Shown here one piece after another: positions 45,165 through 55,683 of a DNA stretch of 64,000 nucleotides. The stretch is taken from positions 3,872,001 through 3,936,000 of the forward strand of contig OZ220696.1 in NCBI GenBank assembly GCA_965116495.1, written 5' to 3'. The DNA is from Gammaproteobacteria bacterium (lineage in GTDB: Bacteria; Pseudomonadota; Gammaproteobacteria; Eutrophobiales; Eutrophobiaceae). Position 1 is the first letter of the stretch. Each line of letters opens with the position of its first letter. The position numbers and the translations under genes are program-made. The notes under the pieces are model-generated. The model was not told where the DNA came from, searched no databases, and was given only the letters and a program-made list of their open reading frames with translations.

Positions 45165-47669
45165 TCAGAAGCGCTTGCGCAGGGTCACGCCGTAGGTACG
45201 GGTCTCGCGCAGGTAGGAGGCGAGCTTTCCGTTCTGCAGTGGCACGTCGAACACGGGGCCAAACCAATCCTCATCCAGCAGGTTGCGCGCCCAGAAGGAG
45301 ACATCCAGGTCTAACGGCGTCAACACCAGCCCGGCGCGGGCATTGAGCAGGCCGAAACCGTCCTGCACCTTGATAGGGTCGGCATTCCCATCCATCACGA
45401 TGTCGCTCCGGTGGTTATAATCCGCATGGACATAGCCGCTCAGGTTGTCGCTGAATGAACGGGACAGGGTCGCGGACAGCAGCACGGTGTGTTCCGGGTT
45501 GCCGGCCAGGCGGTCGCCGGTACGATCACAGAAGGCATCGCCCGGGCTGGTCCTGCCCGGATCCGGCGTGCCGGTCAGGAACGGCGCCGCCACCCAGCAG
45601 TTGGCCATCTCGAACTTATCGTACTCGGCCTCGTTATAGATATATGCCGCACTCAACCTCAGGCCGTCGAGCGGCGCCCAGGCTACTTCCAACTCGCCAC
45701 CTTTGGCCTCCAGTTCGCCCGCATTGCGCAGGTTGAAGCCGGCGCCGGTGAACGAGTTGCTCTGGAAGTCCTCCACCGTCGTGTAGTGCAGCGCCAGGTT
45801 CACGCGCAGGTTCTGTTCCGGCAGGACCAGCTTCAGGCCGGCCTCGAACGAGTCCGACTTCTCGGCGCCGAACACCTGGCTGAACGCTGCGGGGATGCGG
45901 TCGGTATTGGTGCCGCCGGACTTGAATCCGGTGGCATACCCGGCGTACAGCAGCAGGTCATTGTGCGGTGTCCAGCTCAGCTTGACGTTCCAGGTAACCT
46001 GGTCGTCCTTGAGGGTCTCATCCACATCCGGGCGTGGCGCAAACACCGGCTGCAGGTAAAAACCCCAGCCCGGATACACCAGCGGCGCCAGCAATGACAG
46101 GTCCAGAGGCGCCAGGCCCTGGCTCGCCAGGAACAGGTTGGTGCCGATGGCCGTAAAGTCCGGCGGCGGACCGAAGTTGCCCTGAGTAAATGTGCCGTTC
46201 AGTTTTTTCTTCTCATCGGTATAGCGCAACCCGCCAGATACGGTCCACTGGTCATGCAACTGGACATCAACCTGGCTGAACAGCGCCCAGGCCTCATGGT
46301 CCTGCAGCATCACGTCCAGCGACCTGGCCCCGGGCAGAACAGCCGGACCGGTCATGGGGATAAACCCGCCGGTCAGCGCAGACAGGGCGTTGATGGTGCT
46401 GATCAAGGTGCCCAGTTGCGGATTACCGCCGAGAGCGAATGCTTCAAAATCCCCACCCAGCGTCGTCGTGGTCCAACTATTCAGATTCTGGTTGAAATAA
46501 TACGCCCCGGCCAGGTAATCTACCCGGCCCCGACTCCCCGACAGCCGCAACTCCTGGGAAAACATCTCCGACTCCCCGCGGTTATAGCGGTCCGCTATGT
46601 CCGCCGCATTGAAATCCACATCCGCATCGTCCGTCGTGTTGAACGTACGGTACGCGCTGATCGCCGTCAACGTGTCCCTGGCGCCGAGGTCCCAGTTCAG
46701 CTCCGCAGACACGCCACTGTCCTCGTTCCGCGACACCGGCAACCGGTTCATATGCACCACGTAGTTGGTGAATTGATCTTCGTTCACCAGCGGAATGCCC
46801 AGGCTCGCCAGCAGCGCGTCGGAACCGGGCCGGCCGTCGAACGAGAAATAATTGTTGCGGAACGTGGCCGCGGCGCAGCAGACCTCGTCGATCTCGGAAT
46901 AGTCCAGTATGACCCGCAGCGACACATCCTCCGTGGGCGTGTACAGCAGTTGCGCCCGCCCGCCGTAGCGATCCCGGTCATTGAGCAGGTTCCCGCCCTC
47001 ACCAAGCGCATCGACAAACCCGTCCCGGCTGGTCATGAACCCCGTCAACCGCACCGCCAGCACGTCCTCCACCAGGGAACCGCCGAAGGCGCCATTGGCG
47101 CTGAACAGGTCCAGGTTGCCGTAGCTCAGATCCAGGTAGCCGTCCGTCTCATGGGACGGCGCCACCGTGTTCAGCAACACCGCCCCGGCGGACGAGTTGC
47201 GCCCGAACAGCGTGCCCTGCGGGCCGCGCAACACTTCCACCCGCTCCATGTCCGCCAGTTCGTTGATCAGCGCACTCTGGCGCGCCCGGTAGACGCCGTC
47301 GACATACAGGCCGACCGAGGATTCGAGCCCGAAATTCTGGGAACTGGTGCCGATGCCGCGGATGTTGAAGTTCGCGGTGGTGGCGGTCTGGCTCTGTCCG
47401 ACATGAAGTGCCGGTGCGTTCTGCTGCAGGTCGAACGCGTCGGTAATCCCGTGTTCGATGAGTTGCTCGCCGGACAGGGCGGTGACGGCGACCGGGATGT
47501 CCTGGATGTTCTGCGCCCGTTTCTGCGCGGTGACGATGATCTCTTCAAGCAGGCCCTGTTCCTGGGCATACGGCGCCAGCATTACCGGGCAGAGTGATAT
47601 AGTCAATATTACGGCCGGCACCGCTCGTTGCCTGGTTCTGAACGACATGAGTCTCCCCCACATGATCAC
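45165..47669 (-). CDS. TonB-dependent receptor
   Basis: EEIIVTAQKR, ERVEVLRGPQGTLFGRN, GFKSGG, C-terminal RTYG.TLR..F. Confidence 0.93.
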   Translation of the reverse strand: MIMWGRLMSFRTRQRAVPAVILTISLCPVMLAPYAQEQGLLEEIIVTAQKRAQNIQDIPVAVTALSGEQLIEHGITDAFDLQQNAPALHVGQSQTATTANFNIRGIGTSSQNFGLESSVGLYVDGVYRARQSALINELADMERVEVLRGPQGTLFGRNSSAGAVLLNTVAPSHETDGYLDLSYGNLDLFSANGAFGGSLVEDVLAVRLTGFMTSRDGFVDALGEGGNLLNDRDRYGGRAQLLYTPTEDVSLRVILDYSEIDEVCCAAATFRNNYFSFDGRPGSDALLASLGIPLVNEDQFTNYVVHMNRLPVSRNEDSGVSAELNWDLGARDTLTAISAYRTFNTTDDADVDFNAADIADRYNRGESEMFSQELRLSGSRGRVDYLAGAYYFNQNLNSWTTTTLGGDFEAFALGGNPQLGTLISTINALSALTGGFIPMTGPAVLPGARSLDVMLQDHEAWALFSQVDVQLHDQWTVSGGLRYTDEKKKLNGTFTQGNFGPPPDFTAIGTNLFLASQGLAPLDLSLLAPLVYPGWGFYLQPVFAPRPDVDETLKDDQVTWNVKLSWTPHNDLLLYAGYATGFKSGGTNTDRIPAAFSQVFGAEKSDSFEAGLKLVLPEQNLRVNLALHYTTVEDFQSNSFTGAGFNLRNAGELEAKGGELEVAWAPLDGLRLSAAYIYNEAEYDKFEMANCWVAAPFLTGTPDPGRTSPGDAFCDRTGDRLAGNPEHTVLLSATLSRSFSDNLSGYVHADYNHRSDIVMDGNADPIKVQDGFGLLNARAGLVLTPLDLDVSFWARNLLDEDWFGPVFDVPLQNGKLASYLRETRTYGVTLRKRF

Positions 47670-47885
47670 CTATCCCCCTGAATAAAAGTATATCGTGAGA
47701 GGCTTGTCAAGACATATTATTTGCGGCCCGAAACCGGCGGCGCCGAACCTATATACAAAAGTATTGACAAGTTCCGTAAAAGGCACAGCATTCCATACCT
47801 GAGCAGGGATTACAAATCCTGCCCGCGCAGCGGTACGACGCGATGGTTTACTGTTCGCAGCACCTGCCAACATCAGGAAAATAAC

Positions 47886-48400
47886 ATGCAGCAACAAACA
47901 AACGACCCTCAAGACCGCAGCGCCCGTCCCGCGTGGTTCGGTTATGCCCAATTGGGTATTATTTTCATCCTGGTTGTAATTGCCTTGTACTTTGCCCGGG
48001 CGCCGGGTCGCGTCACCCTTGACACGGTGGCCGGTGAGGATGTGGACGCTGCCAAACCGGTCGTCAATGTAATCCGGCCCGAGCCCACCGAGCAGGCGCT
48101 GACGGTGAAGCTGACCGGCGCAGTCAGGGCATACAACCAGGTGGCTGTACGTTCCGAAGTAGCGGGACGCGCAGTCTGGGTAGCTCCCGAATTTGCCAAC
48201 GGCGGGTCCATTGTAGCGAACGAGACGTTCGTCAGGATTGACCCGGTACGCTACGAGCTCCAGGTGGAAGCGGCGGAAATGGCCGTCAGGGAAGCGGAAG
48301 CGCGGCTGTCCGCACAAAATTCCCGGAGCGCGGAGGCAAGACTTGGGGCAGCCCGGGCTGAACTGAAGCTTGCGCAACTTGACCTCGAGCGCACCCAGCA
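47886..48400 (+). pseudogene. RND periplasmic adaptor, N-terminal half only
   Basis: TM anchor, V.SEV.G, L..ID...Y, hairpin helix ending L.LERT; homology then stops. Confidence 0.75.
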
Positions 48401-48421
48401 TATTCTCAGAAAATTCAATCC

Positions 48422-49006
48422 CGGCGCCTGGCGTCGGCAGGGCGGGAAGCTGTCGGGGCGGAAGTCAGGATAGTCGATGATGCGGGAGTTGAATTACCCG
48501 GCGGTGAGACAGGAGAAATCCTGGTCAAGAGCGAGTCGGTCATAACCGCTTACTGGAACAACCCGGAGGAAACCGCAAGCGCAATCAGGGACGGATGGTT
48601 CCATACCGGCGACCTGGGATACCTCGATGATGAGCGTTACTTGTTTGTCGTCGACAGGAAAAAGGATATAGTGGTCAGCGGTGGTATGAACGTCTATTCC
48701 AAGGAGATTGAGAGTGTGCTGTACCGCCACCCGGCAATACTTGAAGCGGCTGTGCTTGGCCTGCCGGACGAGGAGTGGGGAGAGATTGTAACAGCCGTGA
48801 TTGCATTGAAACCCGGGCAGGAGGTAAGCGGGGGGGATCTGGTTGAACTCTGCAAGGCGTCGCTGGCCGGTTACAAGAAACCCAGGAAAGTCTTTTTCCT
48901 GGACGAATTGCCGAAAAACCCGAGTGGGAAAATCCTGAAGCGGGTACTGCGGGATAACCTGGCAAATATTGTTATACATAGCGACATAAATAATGCCGCA
49001 TCATAG
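48422..49006 (+). pseudogene. Acyl-CoA ligase (AMP-binding) C-terminal fragment
   Basis: Open frame without a start: SAGR...GEI...YWN.PEET...GWFHTGDLG..D...VDRKKD..VSGG.NV...EIE...LPKNPSGKILK. Confidence 0.85.
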
Positions 49007-49050
49007 TTCGTCATTCCCGCTCAGGCGGGAATCCAGTAAGCAAACATTCC
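48973..49050 (+). repeat. Partial MITE family B copy with REP palindrome
   Basis: TATACATAGCGACATAAATAATGCCGCATCAT..GTCATTCCCGCTCAGGCGGGAATCCAG matches the left end at 31151. Confidence 0.75.
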
Positions 49051-49141
49051 TTTGCATTAGCGCAGATCATGGCGGGCGAGCTATCGCAGGATAGCGTAGT
49101 CAGGGAAATATGCGCCAGGATAAAACTGCCGGAAAAGTGCG

Positions 49142-50872
49142 ATGAGTAACAGCTATACGGCGCCGCTGGACGATACGTTATTTATTCTCCAGCATGTTAT
49201 CCGTTGGGAAACATTGTTCGATCTGCCGGCCTACCGGCACGCCGACAGCGACCTGGCCAGGGTGGTGTTGACGGAAGGCGCAAAATTCTGCGAGCAGGTG
49301 CTGGGACCCATTAACGCCGTTGGTGACGAACAGGGGAGTATGATACAGGATGGCAAGGTCAAGACTCCCAACGGGTACAGGGAAGCCTACAAGTCGTTCA
49401 CGGCGGCAGGCTGGCCGGGTCTGGACATGCCGGAAGAATTCGGCGGACAGCAACTGCCGCTGACCGTACAGGTTGCATTTGCGGAAATGCTCAACGGCGC
49501 TTGCCTGTCGTTTGCCATGCTGCCCCTGATGCTGCGCGCCGCCTCCAGGCTGCTGATCGACCATGCCGGTGAGGAATTAAAGCAGCAGGTAGTTCCCAGA
49601 CTGATCAAGGGCGAGTGGGGAGCAACAATCTGCATATCGGAAGCACAGGCCGGTTCAGACGTCGGCCGCATAAAAACCATGGCCGAAATTCAGGCCGACG
49701 GCAGCTACCGGTTAACCGGCACCAAGGTCTTTATCACCTATGCCGACCACGACCTCACCGGGCAGATAATCCACCTGGTGCTGGCCAGGACACCAGGCGC
49801 TCCGGCCGGGACCCGGGGAATCAGCCTGTTCCTGGTGCCCAAACTGATGTTCGACGGCGGGCAGGCCAACGGGGTGCGGGTCGAGCGGCTGGAAAAGAAA
49901 ATGGGCCTGAAGGCCTCGCCCACCTGCGTGATGCGTCTGGAACGCGCGACCGGTTACCGCATCGGTGAAGAAAACAGGGGTCTGAACGCCATGTTCACCA
50001 TGGTCAACCTGATGCGCCTGGAAGTGTCAGTTCAAGGCCCGGCAATTGGCGCCGCAGCCACGGCAAAGGCGTTGAAATATGCCGCTGAGCGACCCCAGGG
50101 CGGCGCGCCGGACGCCGGGGCAGTGAGTATCATCGAACACGCGGATGTGAAACGCATGCTGCTGCTCATGCACTGCAGGACCATGGCGATGCGCACCCTG
50201 GTATTTGAAGCGGCAAGCAATCTTGACCTCGCCCGCCACGGGGGAGATGAAGACAGTAGACAGCAAGCGCTGCAGCTGGCCGAATTTTTATTGCCGGTGT
50301 GCAAGGCCTGCGGTTCCGAAACCGGCTTCGACGTGGCCAGCCTGGCCGTGCAGGTATTCGGCGGGCATGGCTATATCACTGAGTCGGGCGTTGAGCAGTA
50401 TGTCAGGGATGTGCGGGTGGCAGCGATCTATGAAGGCACGAACGGCATCCAAGCGCTGGACCTGGTGACCCGTAAGCTGCTATGGGATCAGGGCGCCAGG
50501 TTCCAGGTGCTGACAGGAAAAATTGCGGCGACACTGGCTGACACCGACGCTGTGGAGCCGGTTGAACAGATTTACCTGGCGACGCAGACAGGACTGGCCG
50601 TGCTGGAACGTACCACAAGGCATGTTTTGCAAATGGCGTCGGATCAGCGATGGCCCGACGTAGAATTTATCGCAAAGGATTATTGCCTGCTCACGGGTCT
50701 TGTCGCCGGCGCATGGATGTGGTTGCGAATCGCCCATGCGACCGGTAGATATGACCGGGACAAGCTGTTAAACAATATCAACTGCGCCAGGTTTTACGCC
50801 GAATACCTGATGCCGGAGATGCATACCCTGGCGCATCGCATAAATATCAGTTTTTCGGAGATGGAGGGATAA
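49142..50872 (+). CDS. Acyl-CoA dehydrogenase (DmdC-like subfamily)
   Basis: Y.AP..D, FGGQ.LP, SE.QAGSD, GTK.FIT, GISLFLVPK, E.KMGL..SPT, Q.FGG.GY, IYEGTNGIQALDL. Confidence 0.9.
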   Translation: MSNSYTAPLDDTLFILQHVIRWETLFDLPAYRHADSDLARVVLTEGAKFCEQVLGPINAVGDEQGSMIQDGKVKTPNGYREAYKSFTAAGWPGLDMPEEFGGQQLPLTVQVAFAEMLNGACLSFAMLPLMLRAASRLLIDHAGEELKQQVVPRLIKGEWGATICISEAQAGSDVGRIKTMAEIQADGSYRLTGTKVFITYADHDLTGQIIHLVLARTPGAPAGTRGISLFLVPKLMFDGGQANGVRVERLEKKMGLKASPTCVMRLERATGYRIGEENRGLNAMFTMVNLMRLEVSVQGPAIGAAATAKALKYAAERPQGGAPDAGAVSIIEHADVKRMLLLMHCRTMAMRTLVFEAASNLDLARHGGDEDSRQQALQLAEFLLPVCKACGSETGFDVASLAVQVFGGHGYITESGVEQYVRDVRVAAIYEGTNGIQALDLVTRKLLWDQGARFQVLTGKIAATLADTDAVEPVEQIYLATQTGLAVLERTTRHVLQMASDQRWPDVEFIAKDYCLLTGLVAGAWMWLRIAHATGRYDRDKLLNNINCARFYAEYLMPEMHTLAHRINISFSEMEG

Positions 50873-50882
50873 AACCGATCGA

Positions 50883-51077
50883 TCAGGTCAGTTTCATGAT
50901 CGCAACTGCAAGGCCGGCAATTCCCAGCATCCACTTAATCAATCTTACTTCCATGTTTGCCAGGTCCAGTTTTGTTGCTACATGTTCGGATCGGGCCACA
51001 TCGTTGGCTGCCGCAGCGGCCAGTTCTTCGTTTACACCTGCTTCCATTAACGCATTATAAAGTGAGATACAACTCAT
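50883..51077 (-). CDS. Small coiled-coil/TM protein (DUF1640-like)
   Basis: L..AG.....A, ATK.DL, RLIKW.. plus C-terminal TM; GGAG RBS. Confidence 0.6.
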   Translation of the reverse strand: MSCISLYNALMEAGVNEELAAAAANDVARSEHVATKLDLANMEVRLIKWMLGIAGLAVAIMKLT

Positions 51078-51221
51078 TTGATTTCTCCATATGTCTTTAT
51101 CATTTGCCCAGTAGTACGCCACCGGAAAAATGATATCGTTATAGTCCTTATATCCCTTGCTTCAGGTACCTAATTATAGCATGGCAACCCCTGGTTGAGT
51201 CAGGGTTCCGAAAATACTCCA

Positions 51222-52112
51222 TCAATCCCGGCTGAACACGAATTTATCCTTTTCCCGCCGCACCGGCGGTTTGATCTTCGGACGCCCTTTCTGCAGTTTG
51301 CCAAGGGCATAGCCCTGTACCTTGGCGGCTTTGGCTATGATGGTGAACTTCATCAGCCAGCCGCCAGCCGTCGCCAGGATGCAGGCCAGTAACGCCAGCG
51401 GGTCGAGCAGGGCCGGCTGGACAATGACCGTGACCAGCAACAACAACGGCAGGGCGTTGCCCAGGATGACTTGCGGTCTGTCGATACCGTCCAGGATCTT
51501 CAGCGCGGCCGGGGGAGCGTTGTCGGCCGCCAGCCGTTGCCGGTAATTACGCCAGCTCACCAAGCGCCAGCCCAGCAGTCCCATCAGCAGGTACAGGAGC
51601 CATCCCTGTGCGGCATTGGAAACGATGAGCAGGATGGACAGGATGGCCGCGCCCTCTGCCAGCCCGGTACTGATGATCAGCGGCACCACCGCCGGCTCGC
51701 GCCAGGCCGGGATACCCTTGCTGGCCTTGAGGATCCTGCCCTGGCAGTAAAGGAACAGGAAACCCAGCAACCCTGCCGCGGCAAGCAGGCTGGGGGCCTG
51801 CATGAGTACGCCGGTAAACGTGGCGGCAAACAGCAGTACGGAGACGGACGCCTCCCGGGTCATCCAGGACGTCTGGGGATGAAAAAATACGTGCAGGAAA
51901 CGCCACGGGCGGCCGATCTCCAGCCATACCAGGAACAGTCCCAGGCCCACGAACACCAGGGAAGCCAGACCTATGACCAGGTTCGGCGTGCCGGGCCAGG
52001 AAGCGATGGCCGCCATGAGTATCAGAGCGCCGCCGCTGCCGCCGAACATGAAATTCCCCGCCGCGCGCCAGTCCCACTGGGTCTGCAGAGTATTGCCGAA
52101 CGTGTTGCTCAT
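51222..52112 (-). CDS. padD: DmsC-type membrane anchor, PadD-like
   Basis: Q..WDWRAAGNF..GG.G, LEIGRPWR, F.P.TSWMTRE, ASKGIPAWR; multiple TM segments. Confidence 0.75.
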   Translation of the reverse strand: MSNTFGNTLQTQWDWRAAGNFMFGGSGGALILMAAIASWPGTPNLVIGLASLVFVGLGLFLVWLEIGRPWRFLHVFFHPQTSWMTREASVSVLLFAATFTGVLMQAPSLLAAAGLLGFLFLYCQGRILKASKGIPAWREPAVVPLIISTGLAEGAAILSILLIVSNAAQGWLLYLLMGLLGWRLVSWRNYRQRLAADNAPPAALKILDGIDRPQVILGNALPLLLLVTVIVQPALLDPLALLACILATAGGWLMKFTIIAKAAKVQGYALGKLQKGRPKIKPPVRREKDKFVFSRD

Positions 52113-52789
52113 TCCTGCATGTCCCCCTGCATGTCTTCCGGCGCTTCCTTGTCCCAGAGGTAGTAGAAACCGGGCTCGGTGCCCAGTTCCGCGTGCATCT
52201 GGAACCAGGTGTTCTCCGCCAGCAGTTCCGAGACGTTGCTGTCCTCATCTTCTATATCGCCGAAGCTCAGGGCATCGGCGATACAGGAATTCACACAACC
52301 CGGTGTGGCTTCGGGATCGATACCGGGGGTGAGGCCTTTTTCCACACCGGCATCCACCCGGTCGGAACAGAATGTGCATTTCTGCGCCACGCCCATGGTG
52401 CGTTCATCGAATTGAATCGCTTCGGTCTCGGTGGGGATATCGCCGTAGGCGAATTCCGGTTTATCCACCTTATAGCGGGCCTGGTAGGGGCAGGCCACGG
52501 TGCAGTAACTGCAGCCGATGCACAGGTCGTAATCGATGGTGACGATGCCATCCTCCCGTTGCGCCGTGGCGGTACTGGGGCAGACGTGCATGCAGGGCGG
52601 GTCCGCGCAATGCTGGCAGCCCACCGGCATGAACAGGCGTTGCACGTCGGGAAATTCGCCCCATTCGACGTCCAGCACCTTGCGCCATTGCACGCCCGGC
52701 GGGGTGGCGTTGGTGTGTTTGCAGGCGGCGGTGCAGGTCTGGCAGCCGACGCAGCGGTTAAGATCCGCAATCATGACATAGCGCGTCAT
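52109..52789 (-). CDS. padC: Four-cluster Fe-S subunit, PadC-like
   Basis: MTRY.M.ADL.RCVGCQTC, CQHC..PPC..VCP, CIGC.YC..ACP, KCTFC...C. Confidence 0.78.
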   Translation of the reverse strand: MTRYVMIADLNRCVGCQTCTAACKHTNATPPGVQWRKVLDVEWGEFPDVQRLFMPVGCQHCADPPCMHVCPSTATAQREDGIVTIDYDLCIGCSYCTVACPYQARYKVDKPEFAYGDIPTETEAIQFDERTMGVAQKCTFCSDRVDAGVEKGLTPGIDPEATPGCVNSCIADALSFGDIEDEDSNVSELLAENTWFQMHAELGTEPGFYYLWDKEAPEDMQGDMQE

Positions 52790-52804
52790 AGTCCAGCTCC
52801 CACA

Positions 52805-52835
52805 ACCGCCATACCGGCAAAAGCCGGTATCCAGT
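52805..52835. repeat. REP-like palindrome between padB and padC
   Basis: GCCATACCGGC-AAAA-GCCGGTATCCAG. Confidence 0.6.
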
Positions 52836-52856
52836 TAGTTGGCAAAATACAATCAA

Positions 52857-55604
52857 TCATAGTCCTGCTCCTATCCGGGTTACATACACCTTGGTGCCGT
52901 CGATACTGGAACCGCCCCCATCCAGCGAGTCCACGTTCATGGGGACCAGGGCATTCAGCCCCGGCCGTTTCAGGTCTTTGGCAAACGGCATCTTCCACTG
53001 GCCGAACTGGGCTATCATCACCACCACGTCGGGCCGTACCCCCTGGCGCAGGCGGGCATACCCGCGGGTGGAATTTACCGGCGAGGTGACCTCGATGAGG
53101 TCGCCTTCCTCGATACCCATTTCCCTGGCCCTGCCGGCATTCATGACGACACCGTCGTGGCCGTAGACGTTGTCCGCCACTTCCTTTATCAGTTGGATGC
53201 CGACGTTACCGCCCCAGGCGTATTGCATGCTGCGCCCGGTCAACAGCCAGAACGGGTAGTCCGACGCCTTGACGTCGTGGTTGCGTTCGATGATCTCGTC
53301 CCAGAGTTTGTTCAGGTCCTTGGATTCGGGCAGGGGTTCGTATTCTTCCAGTTGCTTGTCCCACCAGTGCACCCCGGTCTCATGCAGGCGGTTGGCCAGT
53401 TGTTTGCCCATGCGGAAATAGCGTTCCTGGTACGGCAGTTCAAAACGCAGCCCCAGGTCCTCCAGCTTGTGGTACAGGTACCAGTTCAGGCGGGAGTAGG
53501 GGCGGGTCTTGAAACCGTTTTTCCTGAACCACTCCAGGTCCAGGATCTCCTTGCCCCCGGTCAGGTCATGGCTGGCGGCCTTGCTTACCGCGTTCCAGAT
53601 CTCATTCTGGGAGTGTTCCTTGTCCGGCTCCAGGGAGAAATCATAATCGTCGGTCTGCAGGGGGATGCCGCACACGCCGGCGTTGATCGCGCCGTTATAG
53701 GCTTCCAGCAAGCCGGTGCGCCGGGCCAGTTCATTGGCGATCCAGCTGAAGTCTTTCGCTTCGTGCAATGGCTCTATCACTGCCTGGCGCAGGGCCCAGC
53801 CTTCGGATTCCCAGTGGTTCTCCATGTAATGACCGCCGCCGATTCGGTGCAACTGGTCGCTCTCCAGGTCGGTCGCCTCCGGCATGATCACGTCGGCGAA
53901 GTGGTTAGTCTCATCCAGGGTGTAGGCGAACGCGGCGACAAAAGGAAACTCTGCCATCGCATCCCCCATCCTGTTTGTTTCGGAATGGGAAATGGCAGGG
54001 TTGCATTTATAGACAAACCAGATGTCGGGCGGGTTGGGTTTCGGCCAGCTCTCGGCCGCGCGTCCCTGTAACCGTAACCAGGCCAGGGTCGTGGAGCCGA
54101 ACAGTTGTGCGCCCATCTTGCTGCCGCCCATGGGAGTCAGGCTGTTGTGGGCATGGCGGGTAAAGGGATTGGCGTCCCAGCCTTCCTTGTCGGTCGGGGT
54201 AAACGTATGGGTCATGAAGCCGTCTTCCCCGGCTTCCACGGTCAGCGACCTTTCCCAGTCCGTATCGCCGGCCACGTGGGTGGTGCTGCCCAGCATGCCG
54301 CCGGACACCTCCAGCGCGCCCACCAGCACCTGCATCATGGTATGGGCCCAGACGCACTCGTACGCCCCCCAGCCGTTGTTGACCGACTTGCCCAGCACCG
54401 TCGCCACCGGACGGAACGGCAGTTCGCGCCCGTCCACTATCTCGGTCTCGCCGATATGGGCGTGGGCCAGGTATTCATTGGTGATGCGGCGGATGGTCGC
54501 GGCCGGGACTTCGGAAATCTCCGCAGCCCATTCCGGGGTTTTGTCGGCCAGCAGTTGCCGCGTTTTTTCCAGCCCGGTCGCGCCCTCGACGCGGTCGTAA
54601 CGCCAGATCTCCTCATCGGCGCCGACCTCGATTGCGCCGGTTACGGTAAACGTCCCGACCAGGGCCGGGTCCGCACCGGCCCAGTCGTAAGGCACGGCCC
54701 CGTTTGAGTTGTTGTCCCACAACAGCGGTTTTTTCGTTTCCGGGTCGCGCAGGTAGAAACCGTTGGGTCCCACCAAATAGGGGGATGCGGTGCGGTTCTT
54801 CAGGAATGGCACATCCAGCTTGTCGATGGGGGTCTCGTGCAGCAGCACGTGCAGCATGGAATACAGCACCGCGTTGTCGGTCTTGGTCTTGATGGGGATC
54901 CATTCCGCAGCGTTGGCACCGGTCACCGACAGGTGCGGTTCGAACTGTATGCGTTTCATGCCGCGCTTGCGCGCGTCGGCATGGCGCCGCACCCCGGTCA
55001 CGCCCCCGGAGGCGTCGATGTTCATGCCGAATGAAATAATGTACTCGCAGCGTGGCGTATCGGGCAGGATGGTAAAGGCCCGGTGCCAGAGTTCGCCGAA
55101 CATGTGCTCGGTGTGGTAACACTTGACCGTGCCGCCGGCGCCCAGGCTCTGGTCGAATGGACCCCAGGCGAACAGCAGGGCCGGGAAACTGCCCATGTAC
55201 TTGAACGGGGTGGCTGCGCCGCCGGTGGTGAAGGCCAGGCGCGGGTTGCCGTTCTCGTCCATGACGCCTTTGGCCCGGGTCGCGTTCATCTTCTGCGCGA
55301 CGATATCCAGGGCTTCGTCCCAACTTATCTCCACCCAGCCCGGCTCTTCGTGGCGGCCCTTGTTCGGGTTGGTGCGTTTCATGGGCCGTTTGATGCGGTC
55401 GGGATTATACAGTTTCTGCACCAGTCCGAAGGGCTTGACACAGACCTTGCCGTCGGCAGGGTGTTCCCCTTTCAGGTCGAAATTGGGCTCAATCTTGGTG
55501 GCTACACCGTCGACGGTTTCCACGGTCAGCAGGTCGGGACCGTTCACGCACTGGTAACAGTAGGTGGAAACCCGCTTTACTTCAGGTTCAACTTTGGCGT
55601 GCAT
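52857..55604 (-). CDS. padB: Mo-bis-PGD oxidoreductase large subunit, phenylacetyl-CoA:acceptor oxidoreductase (PadB)-like
   Basis: TYCYQCV.GPDLL.V, HP..GKVCVK..GL.QK.YNP.R, MKRTNP.KGR.E.PG...ISWDEA, G.VKC.H; no Tat signal. Confidence 0.75.
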   Translation of the reverse strand: MHAKVEPEVKRVSTYCYQCVNGPDLLTVETVDGVATKIEPNFDLKGEHPADGKVCVKPFGLVQKLYNPDRIKRPMKRTNPNKGRHEEPGWVEISWDEALDIVAQKMNATRAKGVMDENGNPRLAFTTGGAATPFKYMGSFPALLFAWGPFDQSLGAGGTVKCYHTEHMFGELWHRAFTILPDTPRCEYIISFGMNIDASGGVTGVRRHADARKRGMKRIQFEPHLSVTGANAAEWIPIKTKTDNAVLYSMLHVLLHETPIDKLDVPFLKNRTASPYLVGPNGFYLRDPETKKPLLWDNNSNGAVPYDWAGADPALVGTFTVTGAIEVGADEEIWRYDRVEGATGLEKTRQLLADKTPEWAAEISEVPAATIRRITNEYLAHAHIGETEIVDGRELPFRPVATVLGKSVNNGWGAYECVWAHTMMQVLVGALEVSGGMLGSTTHVAGDTDWERSLTVEAGEDGFMTHTFTPTDKEGWDANPFTRHAHNSLTPMGGSKMGAQLFGSTTLAWLRLQGRAAESWPKPNPPDIWFVYKCNPAISHSETNRMGDAMAEFPFVAAFAYTLDETNHFADVIMPEATDLESDQLHRIGGGHYMENHWESEGWALRQAVIEPLHEAKDFSWIANELARRTGLLEAYNGAINAGVCGIPLQTDDYDFSLEPDKEHSQNEIWNAVSKAASHDLTGGKEILDLEWFRKNGFKTRPYSRLNWYLYHKLEDLGLRFELPYQERYFRMGKQLANRLHETGVHWWDKQLEEYEPLPESKDLNKLWDEIIERNHDVKASDYPFWLLTGRSMQYAWGGNVGIQLIKEVADNVYGHDGVVMNAGRAREMGIEEGDLIEVTSPVNSTRGYARLRQGVRPDVVVMIAQFGQWKMPFAKDLKRPGLNALVPMNVDSLDGGGSSIDGTKVYVTRIGAGL

Positions 55605-55683
55605 CCTTCGTTCCCCCCTTAATCTCTTGACGTGGATAATCAGGATAAAGTTTAGTGGGTTTTATCCCCGCGTTCAATCATTG

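Noticed and set aside
46254-47597. 447-aa plus-strand ORF and similar long antisense ORFs (11085-11975, 52193-54071)
   Set aside because: These are shadow ORFs opposite well-supported GC-rich genes and have no recognisable motifs
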